Shown: positions 1 to 8,399, counted from the first letter of the stretch. The stretch is DNA of 20,000 bases from an uncultured virus (IMG/VR IMGVR_UViG_3300025446_000005) (IMGVR_UViG_3300025446_000005); one strand, 5' to 3'. A program made the numbers and translations. The notes: a model not told the origin generated them from the sequence alone.

Positions 1-1066
1 CGACGAACCACCGCTTCTTGTCGAACCCGATGTAGCCGTAGGCGCATCCGAGCTCCCGGATGCTCATGTTCTCGTCGATCCCGAAATTGGGGCGGATGTA
101 GATGTGCCCCTCGCGGAAGCCCATCCCCGTGACCTTGTTCTTGAGCGAGCGCACCCTGACCCGGTTGGCGGTCGGGTAGTTCTTCAGCACGGCCCCCTTG
201 GGCTGGACGAGCAGCCATTTCTCCTTCTCGTCGGGGATGCTCTTCCATTCCCACGGGCGGACCTCGTTCTCCAGGGTGAGCTCCAGCATCACGCTGGGCG
301 TGAACCTGGCCTCCCTCCCGCCCGGAAGGGAGTAGATGCGGTTCGTGTAGCTCCACTTGCTGGCGTTGTCGGCATCCTCGTCGATGCGGTCCCTGGTCTG
401 GTTCACCATCAGGAGCGAGCCATCGTACTCCAGGAGCCACGGGTGCAGCATGTGGTAGAAGCCCTTGATGCCCTTGGCATGGCCCCCGTAGCTGCTCTTG
501 AAGGCCCGCCCGCTCTCGAAGTCCTTGCGGGGGATCTTGGTCTCCATGTAGGGGATGGAGTCGTTCACGAACAGGCGCACGCCGAAGTCGGCCATGAGCT
601 GCACGTGCCGCTTGATGGCGTCCTGGAGGCTGGTCGGCTGCTCGAAGAAGCACAGGCTGGGATCCACCCCCAGCGTCCAGGCGTAGGTGGCGGAAGCGCC
701 CGGCTCGTACTCGAAGATGGCGATGGGCTCCTGCATGACCCTCTGGTACTGGGCGGCGATGCAGAGGGCCGTGGTGGTCTTCCCCGCCCCCTCGTCCCCG
801 TGGACCTGCGTGACCCGGGCATGGCGGGGGAGGCCCCCGAGGCTCAGGACGTGATCCAGGACGATGTTCCCGTAGGGCACCAGCTCCTCCCTGAAGTCCT
901 TGTCGAGGATGCGATAGTCGTCCTTGACCTCCTTCCTCGCCTCCAGGAACATCTCGCGCCGCTGGGCGGGGGTCCAAAGCCGGGGGTCCGACGACGGACC
1001 CTTCTCCCTGGCCTTCTCCGCCTTCTTGACCCCTGCCTTGCCCTTTGCCTTCTCCTTGTTCTTCAT
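1..1066 (-). CDS. recA: Divergent RecA/UvsX-like recombinase (3' end runs off the window)
   Basis: Manually translated from the ATG at 1066 (GGAGG RBS upstream). It shows LGGLPRHARVTQVHGDEGAGKTT (Walker A in RecA context), IFEYE (catalytic Glu position), LFVNDSI (Walker B), MVNQTR, LPGGREARFTPSVML and SLKNKV, in the order of the canonical RecA motifs. Not in the supplied ORF track. Confidence 0.93.
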   Translation of the reverse strand, partial: MKNKEKAKGKAGVKKAEKAREKGPSSDPRLWTPAQRREMFLEARKEVKDDYRILDKDFREELVPYGNIVLDHVLSLGGLPRHARVTQVHGDEGAGKTTTALCIAAQYQRVMQEPIAIFEYEPGASATYAWTLGVDPSLCFFEQPTSLQDAIKRHVQLMADFGVRLFVNDSIPYMETKIPRKDFESGRAFKSSYGGHAKGIKGFYHMLHPWLLEYDGSLLMVNQTRDRIDEDADNASKWSYTNRIYSLPGGREARFTPSVMLELTLENEVRPWEWKSIPDEKEKWLLVQPKGAVLKNYPTANRVRVRSLKNKVTGMGFREGHIYIRPNFGIDENMSIRELGCAYGYIGFDKKRWFV

Positions 1067-1079
1067 GTCAGTTCCTCCC

Positions 1080-1607
1080 TTAGCACGGATGCTGGCCTTC
1101 TCTCCCAGCGGAGACAATACCGTAATGGGCCAGCAGGAGGGCATCCGCCCTCCCGATGTCCTTCTTCCTGGACAGTTGGGATGCCACCTGGGGATAGAGC
1201 TGGATCGCCCGCTGCCTGGCGGCGTCCTTCTCCTTGGGCATGTCCATCATGACTGCCTTCTTCCACGTCACCGGGCTGACCAACGTATAGGGGACCTTCA
1301 GGGCGGCGAGCATGCCCCTCCACAGCCCATATCCCATGCCGAAGTTGAACGTGGAGGACACGCCCTGGTCCGGCATGGCCGACACCCTCTCCAGGATACA
1401 GGAAGTCTCCGCCTCCAGCGTGGAGAACTCGGACAGGACGGAGGCCATGGACGCCTCGTTGTACTCGTGCCTTATTTTCTTCCCCGACTTGACCTCGAAC
1501 AGCAGCGGGTCGTACAGGCGGATGTCTTTATTTCCGTCATCCAGGACCCGGATCATGGCCAGGCATCCGGTCTGCCCGGGGTCAATGCCGAGGAACGTTT
1601 TTCCCAT
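1080..1607 (-). CDS. RuvC-like Holliday junction resolvase (RNase H fold)
   Basis: N-terminal FLGIDPG, central ILE, GVSSTFNFGMGYG, VSPVTWKK and C-terminal GRADALLLA; adjacent to recA. Confidence 0.88.
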   Translation of the reverse strand: MGKTFLGIDPGQTGCLAMIRVLDDGNKDIRLYDPLLFEVKSGKKIRHEYNEASMASVLSEFSTLEAETSCILERVSAMPDQGVSSTFNFGMGYGLWRGMLAALKVPYTLVSPVTWKKAVMMDMPKEKDAARQRAIQLYPQVASQLSRKKDIGRADALLLAHYGIVSAGREGQHPC

Positions 1608-1812
1608 TGGGTTTTCGGCCCTCCCATCCGCGAGGTAGCAGCCCCCCGCCCCGCCTCCCGCATCCCTCGCAGGGATGGCTGATGTGGCTCAGGCATCCCG
1701 GATGCCCGCACGGCTCCCCGGGACGGTATTTCTCGGGCGTCAACCATGGGTCTGGAAGTTGCGGCGGGATTTCCTTGGGCTTCTTCATTTCAGTGGGCCG
1801 AGGAAGGCTCAT
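1582..1812 (-). CDS. Small Cys/His-rich hypothetical protein (putative Zn-binding)
   Basis: ATG at 1812 overlaps the upstream TGA (ATGA coupling); motif PCGHPGCLSHISHPCEGCGR. Confidence 0.6.
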   Translation of the reverse strand: MSLPRPTEMKKPKEIPPQLPDPWLTPEKYRPGEPCGHPGCLSHISHPCEGCGRRGGGLLPRGWEGRKPNGKNVPRH

Positions 1813-2084
1813 GCATGCCCGTGCGTGAGCCTTTTTGCGATGTTTCCCGCATGCGCCGCAAGCCATCCGTTGCTCAGCAGGCAGGGGAGATCGTCGATGC
1901 TCTCCACCTCCGACATGATCTCCTCGACCGCCCCGGAAGGGAGCTTGTCCCGCATGAGGAGGTAGAGGAAGACCACCAGCCTGGAGTCGGCCTCCCGGTC
2001 CCCGCTGTTGTAGGCCATGCCTGCTTGTGCCGTGCTCAGCCCCTTCACGGAGACATCGGAAATCGAGCGGCAGTCTATTGCCAT
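1809..2084 (-). CDS. Hypothetical protein (91 aa)
   Basis: AAGGAG RBS upstream, co-oriented and packed between neighbours. Confidence 0.65.
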   Translation of the reverse strand: MAIDCRSISDVSVKGLSTAQAGMAYNSGDREADSRLVVFLYLLMRDKLPSGAVEEIMSEVESIDDLPCLLSNGWLAAHAGNIAKRLTHGHA

Positions 2085-2096
2085 GCTATGCTCCTT

Positions 2097-2987
2097 CTAC
2101 AAATCCTCAATGTTGTCGAGGTTCGCCTCCGCCGCGCCTGCGGCGGCCCCGGCGAGCAGCGCCTTCCATTCGAGGAGAGTGGCCTTCTTCCCAAGCCTCC
2201 TGAACAGCTTCTTGCCGCCGTCCGCGATGAACTTCTGGGCCGCAGCCTCGACTTCCTTGGCCAGGGCGGGGTCCAGCTTCCAGTTCGCCTTGCGGGCCTT
2301 GATGTTGAACTCGTACTTGTTGCCGTTGAGCGCCATCACGATGTCGTAGTCGTAGACGCTCGTCCCTTCCTCGGGGAGCGAGGAGACGGAGCGGAAGTTG
2401 GGACGGGAGAAGTCCACGAATCCGATCTTCCACTCGATGGGGGGCGTCTTCCCGTCGGGCAGCTTGCGGTTCCCGCTTCTCGGGTCCACGTTGGTGTATT
2501 CCAGGGCCAGGGCGATGACGTGGTAGCGCCCCTCCTCGTCCAGCTTCTGGCAGCAGAAGGCCGGTTCGCCCTGCTCGCTAAGGCAGAGCACCTGCCTCTT
2601 GCCTTCCTTGGTCGTCACGAAGTGACTGCGGTGCCCCCTGGGCTTGATGAACGGCAGGAGCGCGAACCGCACGACCTTGTCGCTCTTCCTTTCGGGGCGG
2701 ATGCGTTCGAGCCCGTCGCCCTTCTTCATGAGCTCGGTGTCGCCCCATTCCACCTCGTCTCCCACCGGGTTGCCGTCCTTGCCGCCGCCCTTGGTGGCGG
2801 GGGCGGGAAGGTCAATGTCTTCCTCTGTGGATGCCTTGGCGGATGCCTGAGGAGGAGGCGGGGCCGCCTGCGGCGGTGTCTGGGGTGCTGGAGGCGGGGC
2901 CACTGGGGCCGGTGACGGCGCAGCGGCGGGGGGCTTGCTGGGGACGATGTCATTGAGTTCGTCGTCTACGTCGGAAAATTGTTTCAT
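2097..2987 (-). CDS. Putative single-stranded DNA-binding protein, gp32-like
   Basis: VVRFALLPF, a His..Cys..CysCys cluster (SHFV...VLCL...FCCQ), YDYDIVM...KYEF and an acidic tail NLDNIEDL; lies in the recA/resolvase block; AGGAG RBS. Family assignment is by pattern only. Confidence 0.65.
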   Translation of the reverse strand: MKQFSDVDDELNDIVPSKPPAAAPSPAPVAPPPAPQTPPQAAPPPPQASAKASTEEDIDLPAPATKGGGKDGNPVGDEVEWGDTELMKKGDGLERIRPERKSDKVVRFALLPFIKPRGHRSHFVTTKEGKRQVLCLSEQGEPAFCCQKLDEEGRYHVIALALEYTNVDPRSGNRKLPDGKTPPIEWKIGFVDFSRPNFRSVSSLPEEGTSVYDYDIVMALNGNKYEFNIKARKANWKLDPALAKEVEAAAQKFIADGGKKLFRRLGKKATLLEWKALLAGAAAGAAEANLDNIEDL

Positions 2988-3367
2988 TTCTGGTTCTCCT
3001 TTTGATTTGTGGCTATTTGCGACCCTTGGTCGATCTGGTTTTCCGGGCTACCGGAACCCCCGGCCTTCTCCAGCCTGCGGAGCCTTCCGAGGGTCACGAA
3101 CCTGACCTTGCGTTTCTTGCCGGTGTGCTTGGTCTCCCCCGTGAGGGGAATCCTCCTGAGGCCCGCTGGCCGGTGACGCACCGTCAGTTTCCCGAACTTG
3201 AACAGCTTGATCGCGAACCTGTCGACGTCCAGGTTCTCCGCCAGGGTGGCTTCGAGGGCCGCCAACACCCCCCTGACCATCTCCTCCGCCTCCTTCTTGC
3301 AGAGGCGGGGGAAGGCCTGCCTGACCTTCCCCATGAACATCTCAAGGCCTATCCGCGAGCTGGCCAT
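2984..3367 (-). CDS. HU/IHF-family DNA-binding protein
   Basis: KFGKLTVRHRPAGLRRIPLTGETKHTGKKRKVRF matches the HU arm signature GFGxFxxxxRxARxGRNPxTGE...F. Start placed at ATG 3367 behind AAGGAAG. Confidence 0.85.
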   Translation of the reverse strand: MASSRIGLEMFMGKVRQAFPRLCKKEAEEMVRGVLAALEATLAENLDVDRFAIKLFKFGKLTVRHRPAGLRRIPLTGETKHTGKKRKVRFVTLGRLRRLEKAGGSGSPENQIDQGSQIATNQKENQK

Positions 3368-3449
3368 CCAAGGCTTCCTTTCGTTTCTTTCGGCTACCAA
3401 CGCCGAACGGGCACATCACCCATGGGGACAATACCGAAAAACGGGCAAG

Positions 3450-4226
3450 TCATCTCTGCCATATGGCGGAGACGCGCAGGGCGGCCAAATGGGGGTCCCC
3501 CCTCCTCATCCTCCAGGCGGAGATTTCGCGGACGGTGTCATGGACCTTAGACGGGTCGAGCGAGAGGCCCTTGAGGTACTTCAGCCTCGACGGGGAGACG
3601 GACAGCCCGGCCTTCCTCAGGGATTCCTCCTCGCCGGAGAGCACGAAGGCGTACGCCGAGAGGTCCTTGAACAGGGCATGGAGGCGGTACGCTGGGTCGA
3701 CGCCGGGGGGAATCCACCTTATACTATCCTCCCATGGCCCGGGCCAACGCCTGTACGGGGCGGGCACGGGCCCCAGGAGGAGCCATACGGCGTTCCATAT
3801 GGCCACGCGCACGTCGTCGACGTCCTCGAATGCGAGGGCGTCCGCACACCGCCGCATCACCTCCCGGTCGACGCCCTCTTTGCCCAGGAGGAGCGCCGCG
3901 TGCTTGACCAGCGCCAGCGCCGCCGCCGACCCCTTCCTGACGGGGCCTATCGACCAGAAGGCGGCCTTCTCCCTGACGGAGGCCGACAGGTCCACCACCC
4001 TGGCCGCGGTTATGCACAGGAGGCACGGCTCCCCCGTGAGGAGGGTGGAGTCGTCCACCGCCTCGGCGAACCGGCACTTGAGGCCGAGGGCCTGCTCGGC
4101 GAACCTTATCTGCGCGGGGTCGCTGCCGACCAGGACGTTGTACTTCTTGGGGTTCTTGCGGGACAGGAGATGGAAGACGGGGGGGAAGTCGGATGCCGTT
4201 ATGCCGGGCCGGTGCGGTGCGTCCAC
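3450..4226 (-). CDS. Hypothetical protein, possibly a divergent clamp-loader delta (HolA)-like protein
   Basis: 258-aa ORF with GC3-biased codons. YNVLVGSDPAQIRFA weakly resembles the HolA N-terminus (YLLxGxE). The CDS is well supported; the function is speculative. Confidence 0.6.
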   Translation of the reverse strand: MDAPHRPGITASDFPPVFHLLSRKNPKKYNVLVGSDPAQIRFAEQALGLKCRFAEAVDDSTLLTGEPCLLCITAARVVDLSASVREKAAFWSIGPVRKGSAAALALVKHAALLLGKEGVDREVMRRCADALAFEDVDDVRVAIWNAVWLLLGPVPAPYRRWPGPWEDSIRWIPPGVDPAYRLHALFKDLSAYAFVLSGEEESLRKAGLSVSPSRLKYLKGLSLDPSKVHDTVREISAWRMRRGDPHLAALRVSAIWQR

Positions 4227-4245
4227 ACGGGCTTAATACTGTGCT

Positions 4246-4983
4246 TTAGGTTCTGATTGTTAAAATACGAGTGGCGATTGTCGTGCCCGACTCTTTGAAC
4301 GTTCCTGGCGGAACGTCCTCGACTGTAAAGTCGGCATCCGGGAACAAGACGGCCAAGTCTTGGTCTGAGTGGGGCATTATGATGCTGACCAGGGTGCCCT
4401 TTGGTCGGAGCCAGCCAAGAGCGTGCCTCACATGTCGGATGTCTTGCCCTCTTGTAAATGGGGGGTTCATGACTATCCGATCAAACTTATCATCATCCGA
4501 GGCGGGCAAAGGCAAAGCGAGGAAGTCTGCGACGACGACGTCAAGGCATTTTTCAATCGCTCGGGCGGCAAATTCGGGATTGACCTCGATGCACTGGACG
4601 GATACGGCTCCTTCCTGCATGCACGCATCCGCAAGGGTACCTTCGCCGCAGGACGGCTCCAATACGGAACATCCGCACACGCTTGCCATCCTTGCCACTC
4701 TCTGCGCCAGCTTCTCGGGGGTAAAGAACGCCTGGAAAAGCTTCTTTTCGTCTATGGAAACCCCAGTCTCCAAGGCGAGGCCCAGCTTGACAAGAGGGCT
4801 GCCCTGAAAGACGTGCGTCCTCGTCTGGCGGCTCCATTTGCCGCCAGCATTCACGAGGACCTTGTTCACTTGTTCGTAAAGCTTCCGCTCCAATTGCCCC
4901 GCGGGCAACGCTAGCTGGTTTCCAGATACGGTGGAACGCCGGAGCACGTCCTCGACTTCTGGCGAAATTTTGGCGTTGGACAT
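4246..4983 (-). CDS. SAM-dependent amino-methyltransferase (probable DNA N6-adenine MTase)
   Basis: FFTP motif X, VLEPSCGEG motif I, FDRIVMNPPF motif IV, and TFKESGT. Confidence 0.88.
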   Translation of the reverse strand: MSNAKISPEVEDVLRRSTVSGNQLALPAGQLERKLYEQVNKVLVNAGGKWSRQTRTHVFQGSPLVKLGLALETGVSIDEKKLFQAFFTPEKLAQRVARMASVCGCSVLEPSCGEGTLADACMQEGAVSVQCIEVNPEFAARAIEKCLDVVVADFLALPLPASDDDKFDRIVMNPPFTRGQDIRHVRHALGWLRPKGTLVSIIMPHSDQDLAVLFPDADFTVEDVPPGTFKESGTTIATRILTIRT

Positions 4984-4993
4984 AGCATCTCCT

Positions 4994-5314
4994 CTAGCTC
5001 AATTCGGTATACGCTGCGGTCAAAATCTTGAACTGCTCGGTCGCTTCCTCCAGGGTCATGCGGTTGATGATGATGCGGTCGGGATGGCACGCCATGCTCA
5101 GGCGGCGGTAGGCGCTCCTGATTTCGGCCTTGCTGGCGTTGGCCCCGACACCCAGGATTTCCCGGGCGGTGCGCCTCTGCCCGTGCAGGATTTCCTTCGC
5201 CTCGTCCTTGCTCATCCGCTTGCGGAACGCCGAGCGCCACTGGGCGGGGCTGCCGTAGCCCTCCGCCTCGGGGTCGTAGGTCTTGTAGTTTCCGCCGAAG
5301 GGCCGCTTGCTCAT
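4994..5314 (-). CDS. J-domain (DnaJ-like) protein
   Basis: AREILGVGANASKAEIRSAYRRLSMACHPDR...FKILTAAY with an intact HPD motif. Confidence 0.9.
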   Translation of the reverse strand: MSKRPFGGNYKTYDPEAEGYGSPAQWRSAFRKRMSKDEAKEILHGQRRTAREILGVGANASKAEIRSAYRRLSMACHPDRIIINRMTLEEATEQFKILTAAYTELS

Positions 5315-5550
5315 TGCGCCGCCTTTTTGTGGGGCTCGATTTGATAGCGGGTACGGATGACCGTCCCAAAATCGGAGAGACGGCCCGTGTATTTCCTGCC
5401 TGCGGTCAACAGGGCCTTGTCCACTCCCGTCCCCTTAAAGATTTCCAGCACGACACAGACATGCCAACGGCCGTCCTCGCCGCGTGCCCGCACCTTGTCG
5501 CCTTCCTTGACGGTGGTGCCGTCCGGCAATGTCATGATTCGGTTGCTCAT
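5311..5550 (-). CDS. Hypothetical protein, possible SH3/Tudor-like beta barrel
   Basis: VKEGDKVRARGEDGRWHVCVVLEI pattern; ATGA-coupled at both ends. Confidence 0.65.
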   Translation of the reverse strand: MSNRIMTLPDGTTVKEGDKVRARGEDGRWHVCVVLEIFKGTGVDKALLTAGRKYTGRLSDFGTVIRTRYQIEPHKKAAQ

Positions 5551-5807
5551 TTCAGCAAGGCCTCGAAGGGCTTCATGTCGGCAGGAATGCTAAGGGCTGC
5601 CAAATGCTTGCAGTGGCGGTAGCGAATCCAACCCATGCAGGAGCATCCCCAATGGCGGCCAGCCTTGTTCTGCGACACGACGTAGACCCGGTTGGAGCTT
5701 TCGGACCTGATCTCGAAGCGGTTCGTCCATTGGGCGTTGTCGGCGAGCTTGATGGTCCCTGGCGGGGTGTAGATGACGATCTGCTGTTTTGCTGCGGCTG
5801 CTGGCAT
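5547..5807 (-). CDS. SWIM zinc-finger protein
   Basis: YVV...WGCSCMGWIRYRHCKHL fits CxC-x(n)-CxH; GGAGGG RBS. Confidence 0.85.
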   Translation of the reverse strand: MPAAAAKQQIVIYTPPGTIKLADNAQWTNRFEIRSESSNRVYVVSQNKAGRHWGCSCMGWIRYRHCKHLAALSIPADMKPFEALLK

Positions 5808-5808
5808 G

Positions 5809-6105
5809 CTATTTCCCTCCTAGATTCGACCAAAAATTCCTGGCGGCCTTGACGACCGCTGTGCGCAATCCCGGCACCTCGTCGATGCGGATGCGGTTTC
5901 GCCCGCGAGGGCCAGCCAGTTGGACTGTGATTATTTGCGACGTTCCGACCATGCGGCGCACCGCCCTGACGCTGGCGTATACCGAACCGGACGAATACCC
6001 CGAGACTTCCACGCCGAAGTACAGGACGTCCAGCCCGGGGAATCGGTCGTCGGGCTGGACCATATTGAGCGCCTCAAGCTTCAATCCTTTGTTCCATTTT
6101 TCCAT
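5809..6105 (-). CDS. Hypothetical protein (98 aa)
   Basis: ATG at 6105 behind an AAGGGA RBS and a TATAAT box; first gene of the coupled cassette. Confidence 0.65.
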   Translation of the reverse strand: MEKWNKGLKLEALNMVQPDDRFPGLDVLYFGVEVSGYSSGSVYASVRAVRRMVGTSQIITVQLAGPRGRNRIRIDEVPGLRTAVVKAARNFWSNLGGK

Positions 6106-6126
6106 GCTTGGTTTCCCTTCATCTAC

Positions 6127-6137
6127 ATTATACACCG
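6127..6137 (-). promoter_or_regulatory. Putative promoter -10 (CGGTGTATAAT)
   Basis: Perfect TATAAT in an AT-rich intergenic gap 21 nt before the ATG at 6105; nearly identical to CGGTGTATTAT at 10487-10497. Confidence 0.6.
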
Positions 6138-6172
6138 GGATACACAAATTTTTCGGGGATTCTTCGGGCGGT

Positions 6173-6907
6173 CTAAGCCACTAAGAGCTTTGGTCTTACT
6201 GACTGAAACTTCTTATGGGCGGAAGTAAGCTCGATGAGGAACAGGTCGGCGTCGATCATGTGGAGGAGGACGCGCCTCCCCAAGTCCGTGATGGCGAACC
6301 CCTGCGGGGCCCCGGCGACCAGCCCGTATTGCGCGCCGATCAGCAGGAGGTTCTCCGCCAGTTGGTAGATCATTTTCCTGGAGACCGCCTTCGCCTTGTC
6401 ACCCTCGACCTCCACCCCATCCTCGTCCGTGAACTTCAGCCTTATCGCCTCCTCCAGGGGCTCGATGAGGTACTCATGGACGGGGTCGTTGAGCTCCTTG
6501 AGGACCAGGATCAGGGCGGCCCTCACGAACGGGGCGAGGGGCTGCATGATCGTCTTGACGGGGTCGACCATGAACACCTTCACCATGACAGCCACCCCGA
6601 AGGTGGCACCCCACTTGGTCGCCCCGATGAGGGAGGGATGGAAGGAAAACTCCGACATGGTCGGGTACTTGGCGTATTTCTCCAGGAGCTCCCTCTGCCC
6701 CAGGACCAGCCTCTTGATCTCCTCCGGCCCGGAAAGCTTGCCGGTGGCGAGCTGCTTGGCCGTGACCAGGGCCATCATCTCCCTCCTGACCTCCTGGGCG
6801 ATGACCTTCTGGGCGAACAGGACCTTCTTGAGGTCGTCCATCGTGCCGAGGCGGACGAGCGGCCTCGGCACGACGTCTTCCCTGCCTGCGGGCTCCTTGA
6901 CCATCAT
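6173..6907 (-). CDS. Hypothetical protein (244 aa)
   Basis: Strong GC3 bias. Start at 6907 or 6904, behind AAGGAGG and overlapping the upstream TGA. Confidence 0.8.
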   Translation of the reverse strand: MMVKEPAGREDVVPRPLVRLGTMDDLKKVLFAQKVIAQEVRREMMALVTAKQLATGKLSGPEEIKRLVLGQRELLEKYAKYPTMSEFSFHPSLIGATKWGATFGVAVMVKVFMVDPVKTIMQPLAPFVRAALILVLKELNDPVHEYLIEPLEEAIRLKFTDEDGVEVEGDKAKAVSRKMIYQLAENLLLIGAQYGLVAGAPQGFAITDLGRRVLLHMIDADLFLIELTSAHKKFQSVRPKLLVA

Positions 6908-7014
6908 GCCTCCTTGGCAGGCCCCCTGCGATGCTTCCTCCGGTGCGCCGCGAACTTCCAGGATTTCCTCGTCCTGTAGCCGCACGGGCACGCATACTTG
7001 TACTTGGGCTTCAT
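6904..7014 (-). CDS. 36-aa basic C2H2-like zinc-finger microprotein
   Basis: Manual translation MKPKYKYACPCGYRTRKSWKFAAHRRKHRRGPAKEA*. GAGGAGG RBS, fills the gap between neighbours, and its TGA overlaps the next ATG. Confidence 0.75.
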   Translation of the reverse strand: MKPKYKYACPCGYRTRKSWKFAAHRRKHRRGPAKEA

Positions 7015-7030
7015 CCTTCCTCCTCTTGGG

Positions 7031-7459
7031 CTATGCCGTGGCCAGCAGCCTTTCCGGTGCCCGGAAGACCCTGATGGCCCCCTGCGGGGGCCTGAACGGG
7101 ACGGGCTTCCCGAAGCGCCTCGGGCTCCCCATGATGGCCACGTACGCCTGCCCCGTGCTGCCGTACAGGTTCGGGTCGTCGTCGAAGTAGCTCTGCGGCA
7201 GCTCCTCGACCGGCATCACGTCCTTCACGACGACGGAGCCGACGATGGCCCCGACCGGGACGTCGGCGACCTTCTTGCGCAGCTTGTAGTCCGCCCACCC
7301 CCAGTCGTCGACGCGGTTCGACGACGTGTAGAGCAGGATCGGCCCCCGGTGCTTCCAGTTGAAGCTGATCGTCTTGACCTTCCGCTTCCCGGAGAGCACC
7401 AGCTCGTTCCACGGGGCCCTGTTGGCCATCACCGGCACGGTCTTTTCTTCTTTTTTCAT
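7031..7459 (-). CDS. ASCH-domain protein with degenerate signature motif
   Basis: RAPWNELVLSG..., HRGPILLYTS, GAIVGSVVVKDV and PRRFGKPVP follow the ASCH pattern. Start at ATG 7459 (GGAGGG RBS, overlaps the upstream TGA). Confidence 0.8.
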   Translation of the reverse strand: MKKEEKTVPVMANRAPWNELVLSGKRKVKTISFNWKHRGPILLYTSSNRVDDWGWADYKLRKKVADVPVGAIVGSVVVKDVMPVEELPQSYFDDDPNLYGSTGQAYVAIMGSPRRFGKPVPFRPPQGAIRVFRAPERLLATA

Positions 7460-7626
7460 TTGTCCCTCCCACGGATTTCGACATCGACCCATTCCATCCC
7501 CCAGCGCCTGGCGGACGCCTTCCGCTGGGCCAGGACCTCGTCGTCGCCCATGCGAAGGTCGAGGACCAGCCCGTAAACGCAAAACAGGATAAAACAGGCA
7601 ACGACAACCATCATCCCATATCTCAT
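7456..7626 (-). CDS. Small membrane-anchored hypothetical protein
   Basis: MRYGMMVVVACFILFCVYGLVL hydrophobic N-terminus; AAGGGGG RBS. Confidence 0.6.
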   Translation of the reverse strand: MRYGMMVVVACFILFCVYGLVLDLRMGDDEVLAQRKASARRWGMEWVDVEIRGRDK

Positions 7627-7640
7627 GGACTGCCCCCTTT

Positions 7641-7832
7641 TTAGAATACGCTGAAGCACGGGTTCCCGCAGTTGCACATCAGGTCCCCCGGATGGAGGCA
7701 CCTACATGCCAGGATAGTGGGCTGGGGTTCCTTTCTTTCCTTCGCACCATGACAGTAGATTTCGACCTTCCGCAGCGTCTCCCCGCAGACCCCGCACTTC
7801 TCGCCTTCCTTTTCCGCCAGTTTCTCAGACAT
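7641..7832 (-). CDS. Cys-rich small protein (putative zinc ribbon)
   Basis: CGVCG, CRC and CNCGNPC motifs; GAGGGG RBS. Confidence 0.6.
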   Translation of the reverse strand: MSEKLAEKEGEKCGVCGETLRKVEIYCHGAKERKEPQPTILACRCLHPGDLMCNCGNPCFSVF

Positions 7833-8121
7833 GCTGCCCCCTCGCCGCCAAGTGCGTCCTCAAGAACCTTATTACTGCCGGGATGGACCTGACGGTCTCG
7901 GTGGACCTCCCGACCGACACGTAGCAGTATCCCCCGCAGTACACATCCACGACCCACTCGACTCCGCCCGTGGCGGCCAGGAACCGCCAGTTGGGGACGA
8001 GCTTGTTCGACTCCCTCCATCCCATCCGCATGGGCCCGTCCATCGGAACGGAGCGCTCAAGCACCGCCCTGACCTGGGCGACGTCCTGCGGCCTCGGATA
8101 CCTGGGGCGGAACTTGCGCAT
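7825..8121 (-). CDS. Hypothetical protein (98 aa)
   Basis: ATG at 8121 in a TGATG overlap with the upstream gene. Confidence 0.6.
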   Translation of the reverse strand: MRKFRPRYPRPQDVAQVRAVLERSVPMDGPMRMGWRESNKLVPNWRFLAATGGVEWVVDVYCGGYCYVSVGRSTETVRSIPAVIRFLRTHLAARGQHV

Positions 8122-8399
8122 CAGTTCTTCGCCGCATCGTGATGGTCGGGCGAGAACCCGAACATCGGAATCTGGCGGGAGTCGGGCAGGAGAGAGGATG
8201 CTTCCTTCTCCGACAACAGGCCTTCCGGCGGTCCCTGGGAATACAGGAACTGCGCACGATGTCCGGCTTCTCTCCACGAAATGAAGAACAACACCTTCTG
8301 CCGCCTCTGGCGGAACGCCAAGCCCGACGGGCCTATGCTGACGAACCACCCGCCCGGCAGCCTCCTGCGTATCGTCCTGGAAATGCCCAGCGTCTTCAT
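8121..8399 (-). CDS. Hypothetical protein (92 aa)
   Basis: GGAGGAGG RBS; ATGA coupling. Confidence 0.6.
   Translation of the reverse strand: MKTLGISRTIRRRLPGGWFVSIGPSGLAFRQRRQKVLFFISWREAGHRAQFLYSQGPPEGLLSEKEASSLLPDSRQIPMFGFSPDHHDAAKN

Noticed and set aside
4246..4983. Complete restriction-modification system
   Set aside because: No adjacent ORF has a recognisable restriction-nuclease motif; it is treated as an orphan methyltransferase.
6908..6991. N-terminal extensions given by the ORF track (starts at 6991, 7582, 7701, 8349, 6147, 1866, 19583)
   Set aside because: They overlap upstream genes or promoter motifs, whereas downstream ATGs have an RBS or stop-start coupling.
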